Positions 9,482 through 16,973 of a stretch of DNA of 61,312 nt are shown one piece after another. A program made the translations under genes and the position numbers. The stretch is from the NCBI GenBank assembly GCA_964594545.1, contig CAZQNB010000004.1:6511-67822 (forward strand), written 5' to 3'. Positions within the stretch are counted from its first letter, which is position 1, and the number at the start of each line of letters is the position of its first letter. Source of the stretch: an uncultured bacterium. Lineage in GTDB: Bacteria; Chlamydiota; Chlamydiia; Chlamydiales; SM23-39. Below the pieces are notes generated by a model. It searched no databases. It had not been told where the DNA came from and saw only the letters and a list, made by a program, of their open reading frames with translations.

Positions 9482-10300
9482 ATGAAAAAATATTTGATTG
9501 CTTGCGCCTTCCTAGCTACTCTCGCTATGATTTCGATCCAAAACACAAGACACCCGAAGGCATTTACCTTAGAGAAAATCGCTCAAGCTAAATGGAATGA
9601 GTTCCCAAGTACCGATTGCCCTCTTGAATTATTAAACCAGCCCTTTAAATATATCGCTCACGGCACCCAAATGATTGCCTTTGAGGGGCAAGACGGCAAA
9701 ACGATCTTAAAATTTTTTTTAGTGCAAAAAATCGACGGGAAAAGAAAAACGCCTCTTCGCTCATTCACCAACCTCATCCCCTCCCTTAAACTCAAGAAAA
9801 TGGAAAAAAAACAAAGCATTCAGACAGAAAACCTCCGTTTTGCTTTTAGCTGCTATGCAAAGGCGTTTGAAGAATTAAAAGAAGAATCCGGATTAATTGG
9901 CCTTCACTTATCTCCCACCAAAAAAGACTACTCCCCCTGTATATTGGAAGACTTTGATGGGAAAAAATGGGCCGTGGATTTAGATCACACCTCATTCATT
10001 CTTCAAAAAAAGGTTCAAACTGTCGGCGAAATTTTCCCAACCCTGCAAACAGAGGAAGAAAAAAGAAATTTCATGGAGGCGATGGAAACTCTTCTCGAGT
10101 ACCGGACACGCAAAGGATTCATTGAGCTCGGGCAAGGCAAAATGTTTAACGACAATTATGGATTTGTGGATGGAAAAGCTCTTGTGATTGATGTGGGACG
10201 ACTCGCTTATCGAGAAGAGGTAAAACAAAACCCTGAGGCAGAAATCGAAAGGATGAAAACGAGACTCCACACTAGATTTTTCACATGTGGTCCCTTTTAA
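9482..10300 (+). CDS. secreted hypothetical protein, possible atypical kinase-like fold
   Basis: Signal-peptide-like MKKYLIACAFLATLAMIS. Weak kinase-like landmarks (KTILKFF, FNDN, LVIDVG). No canonical HxD. Confidence 0.45.
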   Translation: MKKYLIACAFLATLAMISIQNTRHPKAFTLEKIAQAKWNEFPSTDCPLELLNQPFKYIAHGTQMIAFEGQDGKTILKFFLVQKIDGKRKTPLRSFTNLIPSLKLKKMEKKQSIQTENLRFAFSCYAKAFEELKEESGLIGLHLSPTKKDYSPCILEDFDGKKWAVDLDHTSFILQKKVQTVGEIFPTLQTEEEKRNFMEAMETLLEYRTRKGFIELGQGKMFNDNYGFVDGKALVIDVGRLAYREEVKQNPEAEIERMKTRLHTRFFTCGPF

Positions 10301-12837
10301 TTCCTTTTCTCGCAACGCACCTTTATGAGCTCGTAAAAATTCGATCACTTTCTAAGCTTTTTTTGCAAAATCTCTGGATTGTAAGTTCCTTTGCCCTTCT
10401 TTGCTTTCTCATCCCTACTTTTCTTGCGCTCCCCTTATGGATTTGTCTCTCTTCTTATCTACTTCTTCGCTGGTATTGCCTTTTTCACTTTCAAATAGAT
10501 CTCACTTTTCAGACATTCCATTTTTTAAAATCCTTTAGATGTTTTATTGATTCCATCAAAGCTCTCCCCAAATATTTCTTTCTCACAATCCTCATCTCTC
10601 TCCCCTCCCTCACAGCTTTTCAAACGCCCCCCTCTCTTTCATTTTGGCTTCCTCTTTTTCTTTTTAGTGGCTTCCTTTCCCTACTTTACACAACAAAAAA
10701 AACAAACCAGCGCCAAAACAGCCTTCCCATATTTCCCTTTCCAAACGAACTTTCTCTTCCCTTCTCCCCAAAATTTCCGGCGCTTCGAAAAACCCTATCG
10801 TTTCTCGGCGAAAAAAATATCCACATCCCTCCTACTAGGCCTCATGTAATTTTTATATTTCTTGAGTCATTTCGAGCAAAAAACATCGGGTGTTTAAACG
10901 CCCAAATCCCCGCGTCCCCTCATTTCGATGAGTGGGCTAAAAAAGGGCTCCTTTTTTCAAATTTTAGAGCCAATGGACTGCAAACCTTTCGGGCCTTTAT
11001 CTCTGCTTATTTTGGCATTCCGAGCCACATGCAAACGGTGAGTCTAAAACCGTTTTGCGAAGTATCTCTTTATGGACTCCCTCAAATTCTAAAAAAACAC
11101 GGCTATCATCCGGCCCTTATCCAGAGCGGAGATCTCTCTTTTGACTATCTCTACCCTTTCTTCAAACAACATGGATTTGAAACTATTTTAGGAGGAGAAA
11201 ACATCCCAACAAACAAAAAAAGACCCCATTCCTGGGGGATCAACGATGAGTGCACGGTTCGTTTCGCAGCAGATTTTCTTGCAAAACAAACCTCTCCCAC
11301 ATTTCTCTCCCTCTTTACAATCACAAACCACCATCCCTGGAAAGCCCCCTCGGACTGGAACTTTTCTCCTCCTCAAAACATCCCCCCTATCTATCAAAAT
11401 TTTCTCCAAACATTTGCCTTCACAGATCACTGCCTTGGAATTTTCCTCGATCTTTTGAAGGCAAAAGGGATTCTTGAGAACTCCATTGTCTTCATCGCAG
11501 GCGATCACGGCCAAGAAATGTATGAGAGGAGACCTTTTTCAGAAATGAACCACAGTCTTTTTGACGAGAGCATCCACCTTCCCCTTCTTCTATTGGGAGA
11601 AAAAATCCCATCCAAAGTCATCGATGACCCTGCGAGTTTCATCGACTTTCCTCCAACGGTCATGGACCTCTTAAATATTCAAGATGTCCACCATGGACTG
11701 GGAAGGAGTTTACTTCGAAAACATAACTCCCCTTCCTACTTTTCATTGCAAAGAGAACACACGGAAATCGGATCCGTTATGGGGAGGAAAAAAATCATCA
11801 TCGCGCCTAATCAAGTACTGAAATTCGACCTCGATTGCGACAAAGAGGAAAAAACCAATATTGCAACTCCGCAAGATCCGCAAGTCTCCGCCTGCATTGA
11901 CTATTTCCGGAAAATTGAAACAATCTATCATGCCAATGCCTGGGCGCCTGAACCTAAACTCCCCTTTGAAATGAAAGGGACCGAAGCGATGGATGATGAG
12001 GAATGGCTTTCCTTTCTTCATAGCCACCCCCCTGTTTCCGTGATCGATCTTTCTCAAAGCCATAGACTCACCGACAACGCGATCCTCCAAACAAAGCCGG
12101 AATACGGAGCTGTGTGGCATCGCCTGAACATAGCCAATGTAAACGTGACGGATCAATCGCTTGAGTGGATCTATAGCCACTGCCCAAACATCATGTCGCT
12201 CAATCTATCGTATTGCCATCTTCTCTCTGATGCGGGCGTAAAAGAGTTGCTCTCTAAGTGCCTACAGCTGCGCCATCTTTGGCTCGATGGAATTTACGAT
12301 CTTTCTGATTTTGTGCCCCACAACACGCTCTTTCCCCTCATCACCTGCAGTTTAAAAGATCTTCGTCATATCCCGGGGCAAACACTCGTCCGCCTCTATG
12401 CAAATTCACCGCATCTGATCAACTGGAGCGCTTCACTTGAAAACACAACAACAAAAGACCTTTTAGAAATGAGCGTCCACAAAAAACAATCTACCCACAT
12501 GAATTTAAGCCATGGACACAGGGTCAAAGACGAGGGTTTAACGGCCTTAATCGAGAGTCAAAACGAATTGCAAGAAATCCATCTCGAAGATTTCCCTCTT
12601 CTTGAAACCCCCCTCTTTTCCTCTCTACTCAAACTGCGCTATTTAGAGTTCTCAAACTGTCCGAATCTAACCGATGGCGCCTTACAATTGCTGCAACATC
12701 TTCCCTTAATGCGCTTGCAGCTTGACAAATGCCCAAAGATTACGCAAAAAGGGCTTTCCTTTCTTGCGCACAATCCAAATCTCCATATTTTCTTGAGTGA
12801 GTGTCCAGGGATAAAGCATGTGAGTGGCCCTTTATAG
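10285..12837 (+). CDS. polytopic LtaS/sulfatase-type (alkaline phosphatase superfamily) enzyme fused to C-terminal cysteine-type leucine-rich repeats
   Basis: About 5 N-terminal TM segments. IFIFLESFRAKN, GLQTFRAF, TNHHPW and IAGDHGQE are LtaS/OpgB-like motifs. From about residue 590 there are repeats of LxLSxCxxLTDxGLxxL type (NLSYCHLLSDAGVKELL, FSNCPNLTDGALQLL, LDKCPKITQKGLSFL). Confidence 0.75.
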   Translation: MWSLLIPFLATHLYELVKIRSLSKLFLQNLWIVSSFALLCFLIPTFLALPLWICLSSYLLLRWYCLFHFQIDLTFQTFHFLKSFRCFIDSIKALPKYFFLTILISLPSLTAFQTPPSLSFWLPLFLFSGFLSLLYTTKKTNQRQNSLPIFPFPNELSLPFSPKFPALRKTLSFLGEKNIHIPPTRPHVIFIFLESFRAKNIGCLNAQIPASPHFDEWAKKGLLFSNFRANGLQTFRAFISAYFGIPSHMQTVSLKPFCEVSLYGLPQILKKHGYHPALIQSGDLSFDYLYPFFKQHGFETILGGENIPTNKKRPHSWGINDECTVRFAADFLAKQTSPTFLSLFTITNHHPWKAPSDWNFSPPQNIPPIYQNFLQTFAFTDHCLGIFLDLLKAKGILENSIVFIAGDHGQEMYERRPFSEMNHSLFDESIHLPLLLLGEKIPSKVIDDPASFIDFPPTVMDLLNIQDVHHGLGRSLLRKHNSPSYFSLQREHTEIGSVMGRKKIIIAPNQVLKFDLDCDKEEKTNIATPQDPQVSACIDYFRKIETIYHANAWAPEPKLPFEMKGTEAMDDEEWLSFLHSHPPVSVIDLSQSHRLTDNAILQTKPEYGAVWHRLNIANVNVTDQSLEWIYSHCPNIMSLNLSYCHLLSDAGVKELLSKCLQLRHLWLDGIYDLSDFVPHNTLFPLITCSLKDLRHIPGQTLVRLYANSPHLINWSASLENTTTKDLLEMSVHKKQSTHMNLSHGHRVKDEGLTALIESQNELQEIHLEDFPLLETPLFSSLLKLRYLEFSNCPNLTDGALQLLQHLPLMRLQLDKCPKITQKGLSFLAHNPNLHIFLSECPGIKHVSGPL

Positions 12838-12841
12838 TCGA

Positions 12842-13009
12842 TTAATACCAAACGCAGCAAATAAATTCATATTTAAGCCGCGTGAAAGCTGCCAATAAAT
12901 CAATTAAAAAAAAGAGGGCAGTATTGAATGAATACAGCCCTCTTTTTTTAATGGATTATCAAAGCTTTGAACCCGTCCAAACGCCGATTCTTCAATCACG
13001 AGCGGTATA
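12842..13009. repeat. 168-bp palindromic element, chimeric (left outer module as at 300-336; core and right arm as at 41594-41761)
   Basis: AATCAATTAAAAAAAAGAGGGC / loop / GCCCTCTTTTTTTAAT core. The right end CCCGTCCAAACGCCGATTCTTCAATCACGAGCGGTATA is identical to 41724-41761. Starts 5 nt after the stop of the LRR gene. Confidence 0.85.
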
Positions 13010-13202
13010 AAATCCTCGCCTTCACGATTTGAAGCCCATGCAAAACACCTTCTTCATAACGAAAGAACGGGTTATTTTCTAAAGCGGGGAAGTCGTTTGG
13101 CTGCATGAGATCATCTAATGTCACATGCGAAACAATTTGCCGAGCCAAAGTGAGCATCACCTTTTGTTGATGCTCGATTAACTCATCAATGATTTCGTGC
13201 AT
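12996..13202 (-). CDS. small hypothetical protein (68 aa)
   Basis: ORF overlapping the tadA 3' end by 25 nt. Its last 4 codons and its stop lie inside the palindromic element. No family recognised. Confidence 0.4.
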   Translation of the reverse strand: MHEIIDELIEHQQKVMLTLARQIVSHVTLDDLMQPNDFPALENNPFFRYEEGVLHGLQIVKARILYRS

Positions 13203-13666
13203 TTCTTTTTCCTTGTTTGCTCAAAAAAACTCTTCAGCAAAAAGGCTGATTCCTCTTCCAAAACGCGCTGTGTGATCTCTAAAGAATGCATCGGATGCTT
13301 CATCGAAAAAAGATCAATCCAGCTTCCATTTGCGCCTAAGCGAAGATCGGGAGCGCCCCAAACAAGCCTCTCTACTCGAGAGGCAAGAATGGCCCCCGCA
13401 CACATGGCGCAGGGTTCGAGGGTACAATATAAAGTCGTTTTCTCAAGACGCCAATTCTCTAGAACAGTTGTCCCGGATGTGATGCAAAGCATTTCAGCGT
13501 GAGCTGTCGCATCTTGCAGCAATTCGACTTGATTATGGCCGCGAGCGATCACCTTGCCATTGCAAACCAAAACCGCACCGACAGGAACTTCATCCTTTTC
13601 AAAGGCCTTTTTGGCCTCTTTCAAGGCTTCCCGCATGAAGTGGATGTCTTGCTCTAGTTGATTCAT
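13178..13666 (-). CDS. tadA: tRNA-specific adenosine deaminase
   Basis: HAEMLCI and LEPCAMCAGAI deaminase zinc motifs. 162 aa. Confidence 0.9.
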   Translation of the reverse strand: MNQLEQDIHFMREALKEAKKAFEKDEVPVGAVLVCNGKVIARGHNQVELLQDATAHAEMLCITSGTTVLENWRLEKTTLYCTLEPCAMCAGAILASRVERLVWGAPDLRLGANGSWIDLFSMKHPMHSLEITQRVLEEESAFLLKSFFEQTRKKKCTKSLMS

Positions 13667-14319
13667 TGACTGTTAATCTTTTGTTGAAGGGCTCTCACCT
13701 GATTTTTCAAAGCCTCTATATCGGTTGTATACTTTTTCATTACGCCCGAGAGTTTATCCTCATATTTCTTTTCAAGGCGGAGAATTTCGGTTTTTTGCCG
13801 TTCGATTGCTTGATCTAGACTCATCTTGAGAGATAAAGCCTCATTCTCCTCTTTTTCTTTCGCTTGGGTTGTAACCACAAGCTCCTTAAGACGGCCAAGA
13901 ACTTTAGGAGAGATCACAACGCCGTTTAAAACAATAAATAGGTAGACAGGAAGAGCTCCAAAGGCTTCGGCGGCGCCTGACAACACCTGCTCACTTTGTT
14001 TATCATCTAAAGATTTTATTTGTTCAAAATCCGGGTTAATTTGACTTAAACGACTCGCAAAATGCTGGTAGATATCCCCATGACGAAATACCCATCGGTT
14101 AATCACCCATTCACCGAGCTCTTCTGTATCGTTTCCCAGTAGTTCTTTTTCATAAACAGCACAAATTTCTTCATTTGTTAGGCGATTGATGGGGCGGTTT
14201 CCAAAATGAGCCTTATAAAAGGTGGGACTCTTCGAGAGATGCTCAGATTTAATATCTTTTTTGATAGTATGCAAAACTTGAGAGAGCCAAGGTTGCAAAG
14301 TTTGAAATTTATCTTTCAT
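13663..14319 (-). CDS. hypothetical protein with C-terminal coiled coil
   Basis: 218-aa ORF with a 4-nt overlap onto the tadA start. Heptad-like C-terminus (EILRLEKKYEDKLSGVMKKYTTDIEALKNQVRALQQKI). Confidence 0.5.
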   Translation of the reverse strand: MKDKFQTLQPWLSQVLHTIKKDIKSEHLSKSPTFYKAHFGNRPINRLTNEEICAVYEKELLGNDTEELGEWVINRWVFRHGDIYQHFASRLSQINPDFEQIKSLDDKQSEQVLSGAAEAFGALPVYLFIVLNGVVISPKVLGRLKELVVTTQAKEKEENEALSLKMSLDQAIERQKTEILRLEKKYEDKLSGVMKKYTTDIEALKNQVRALQQKINSQ

Positions 14320-14415
14320 ATGACTTATCCGTTATTTCTTGTGGAAATATAGCAAGAAAAACCTCTAATTTGCAAGCATCTCTCAAGGTAGATAGGTTCA
14401 AAGATAGCTTCGGGG

Positions 14416-14444
14416 TTGAACATTTATCCAAAATAGCGTACAAT
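14416..14444 (+). promoter_or_regulatory. sigma-70-like promoter for rpsO-pnp
   Basis: TTGAAC (14416-14421), 17-nt spacer, TACAAT (14439-14444). About 40 nt upstream of rpsO, which has an AAGAGGAG Shine-Dalgarno sequence. Confidence 0.45.
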
Positions 14445-14486
14445 TAAGGGCATAATGTCATAAACCTCAAGAGGAGACCATCCTCC

Positions 14487-14756
14487 ATGTCTTTAGATAA
14501 AGGGACCAAGGAAGAAATTACAAAAAAATTTCAGTTACACGAGAAGGACACCGGTTCTGCCGACGTTCAGATCGCGATTCTAACTGAAAGGATTACGGAG
14601 CTAACAGAACATCTGAAAATTGCTCCGAAAGATCACAGTTCACGCCTCGCTCTACTAAAACTAGTAGGACAAAGACGTAAATTGCTTGATTATCTCAATT
14701 CAACGGACACAAAGCGATATCAAAGCTTAATCGTCCGGCTGAACCTGAGAAAATAA
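14487..14756 (+). CDS. rpsO: 30S ribosomal protein S15
   Basis: [45 protein letters not shown] is an S15 signature. Confidence 0.95.
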   Translation: MSLDKGTKEEITKKFQLHEKDTGSADVQIAILTERITELTEHLKIAPKDHSSRLALLKLVGQRRKLLDYLNSTDTKRYQSLIVRLNLRK

Positions 14757-14761
14757 CGTGC

Positions 14762-14782
14762 AGGGGAGCCATTCGCTCCCCT
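14762..14782 (+). promoter_or_regulatory. rpsO-pnp intercistronic stem-loop
   Basis: AGGGGAGC / loop CATTC / GCTCCCCT, 6 nt after the rpsO stop, with no T-run. The position matches the processing/attenuation hairpin known for rpsO-pnp operons. Confidence 0.45.
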
Positions 14783-14850
14783 CACCATTTCCCTCTTGTC
14801 TTAAATAAATATATTCCTTAAACTAAGTCGTTTTTAGGAGTATAGCATTC

Positions 14851-16956
14851 ATGTTCAAAAAAGAAACGATCACAGTATCCCTTGGGCACACAACCCTCAC
14901 ATTCGAAACAGGAAAAATCGCTCGCCAAGCCAACGGATCGGTGACCGTTCAGTGCGGAGATACGATTGTCTTTGCCTCTGCCTGCGCATCTGCCAAACCT
15001 CCTGAAGGAGTAGATTTCTTCCCCCTCAGAGTCGATTATCAAGAAAAACTTTCATCAACTGGCCGTACAGCCGGAGGATTCATTAAGAGAGAAGGGAGAC
15101 CTGCAGAGAGAGAAATCCTCACTTGCCGTCTGATCGACCGCCCCCTGCGCCCGATGTTCGAAGAAGGATATTTCAACGAAGTGCAGATCCTCTCCTACGT
15201 ATTTTCCTATGACGGAGTCCATGCACCTGACGTTCTCGCTGTCTGCGCAGCCTCTGCAGCGCTGACCATCTCAGACATTCCTTTAATTAAACCCATTGGA
15301 GCTGTTCGAGTGGGCCGTATTGATGGCAAATTTGTCATCAACCCATCTCATGAAGAGATGAAAAAATCCACCCTCGATCTCGTCTTGGCCGGAACAGAAG
15401 ATGCGATTTTGATGATTGAAGGATTTTGCGACTTCCTTACCGAAGAAGAAGTCATCGAAGCCATTGAAACAGGGCACAAAGCCATTCAAACGATTTGCCA
15501 CGCGTTAAGCAATTGGGCCAAAAAAATTGGACAACCCAAGAAAAAAGACGCTCTCCGCACAATTCCTCAAGAAGTCAATGATGCCGTTCATGCATCTGCC
15601 GCAAACCTTCTCGAGCCTGCTCTTCGCATTTCTGCAAAGCAAGAGAGAGAAAAAATAATTTCTGAGATCAAAGAAAGCGTCACAAAAGCCCTTCTTCCTG
15701 AAGGCGTAGAAACAAAATATTCGAAAGCTGACGTCGCATTGAGCTTCAAAAATCTCCAATCCACTCTCATGCGAAAAATGATCCTCGATGAAAAACGGCG
15801 TATTGACGGTCGTGGATTAAAAGATATTCGCCAAATCGATGTAGAGCAATCCATTTTGCCAAGAACGCACGGAAGTTCTCTTTTCACAAGAGGCGAAACG
15901 CAAGCTCTCGCTGTTTGCACACTCGGCGGAGAGACAAGCGCGCAACGATATGAAGACCTCCACGGAGACGCAAACCAACGCTTTTATCTCCAATATTCCT
16001 TCCCCCCATTTTCTGTTGGCGAAGTAGGAAGAGTTGGGGCTGCAGGAAGACGAGAAATCGGCCACGGAAAACTCGCAGAAAGATCGCTCGCAGCTATCCT
16101 ACCTAAGCAAGAGGTTTTCCCCTATGTAATCCGTCTTGAATCCAACATCACAGAATCCAACGGCTCCTCGTCAATGGCCTCTGTCTGCGGCGGATGCCTT
16201 GCGATGATGGATGCGGGAGTTCCTATTCAGCGTCCGGTTGCAGGAATTGCCATGGGGCTTGTCCTTGAAGGGAATAAACATGCGATTCTCTCCGATATTC
16301 TGGGCGCAGAAGATGCACTTGGAGATATGGATTTTAAAGTCGCTGGAGATGCTAAAGGGATCACAGCTTTCCAGATGGACATCAAAATAGAGGGGATCAC
16401 CCACGCCATCATGCGAGAGGCTTTAGCCCAAGCAAAAGAAGGAAGAACCCATATTTTGAACAAAATGCTCAATGTATGCCCAGCCTTCCGCAGCGAAATG
16501 TCTTCTTACGCGCCGCGCATTGAAACACTCCAAATCAAACCGAGCAAGATCGGCATTGTGATTGGACCTGGCGGAAAACAAATCCGCGCCATTGTTGAAG
16601 AAACAGGCGTTCAGATCGACATCAATGATAGCGGTCTTGTCAGCATTGCGTCAACGAGTGCAGAAGCGATGGCGAAAGCAAAAGCGATCATCGTCAACCT
16701 TACATCTGAAGTAGAGATCGGGAAAACATATAAAGGCCGCATCACATCGATTGTCGCCTTTGGATTTTTCGTAGAAATCTTTGGAAAAGAAGGTCTTTGC
16801 CATATTTCTGAAATTTCAACACAACGAATTCATGACATTCGAGATATCCCTTTTAAAGAAGGTGATATGGTTGAAGTGAAAGTTTTGGATGTCAATGACC
16901 GTGGCCAAATCAAGTTAAGCCATAGAGCGATACTCGAACAACAGCAGCATGCATAA
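14851..16956 (+). CDS. pnp: polyribonucleotide nucleotidyltransferase (PNPase)
   Basis: Two RNase PH domains, a KH domain (IGPGGKQIRAI) and an S1 domain (YKGRITSIVAFGFFVEI). 701 aa. Confidence 0.95.
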   Translation: MFKKETITVSLGHTTLTFETGKIARQANGSVTVQCGDTIVFASACASAKPPEGVDFFPLRVDYQEKLSSTGRTAGGFIKREGRPAEREILTCRLIDRPLRPMFEEGYFNEVQILSYVFSYDGVHAPDVLAVCAASAALTISDIPLIKPIGAVRVGRIDGKFVINPSHEEMKKSTLDLVLAGTEDAILMIEGFCDFLTEEEVIEAIETGHKAIQTICHALSNWAKKIGQPKKKDALRTIPQEVNDAVHASAANLLEPALRISAKQEREKIISEIKESVTKALLPEGVETKYSKADVALSFKNLQSTLMRKMILDEKRRIDGRGLKDIRQIDVEQSILPRTHGSSLFTRGETQALAVCTLGGETSAQRYEDLHGDANQRFYLQYSFPPFSVGEVGRVGAAGRREIGHGKLAERSLAAILPKQEVFPYVIRLESNITESNGSSSMASVCGGCLAMMDAGVPIQRPVAGIAMGLVLEGNKHAILSDILGAEDALGDMDFKVAGDAKGITAFQMDIKIEGITHAIMREALAQAKEGRTHILNKMLNVCPAFRSEMSSYAPRIETLQIKPSKIGIVIGPGGKQIRAIVEETGVQIDINDSGLVSIASTSAEAMAKAKAIIVNLTSEVEIGKTYKGRITSIVAFGFFVEIFGKEGLCHISEISTQRIHDIRDIPFKEGDMVEVKVLDVNDRGQIKLSHRAILEQQQHA

Positions 16957-16973
16957 CTCTTAAGGAAAACCTT

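Noticed and set aside
10547-11514. Alternative-frame ORFs 10547..10849, 11188..11514(-), 11246..11458 and 11250..11477
   Set aside because: They lie within the LtaS-like gene, whose own frame carries the catalytic motifs. Their Ser/Pro/Phe-rich products reflect the T/C-rich coding strand.
15283-16472. Several 70-110 aa minus-strand ORFs inside pnp
   Set aside because: They are shadow ORFs opposite a strongly supported PNPase gene, with no start context or family resemblance.
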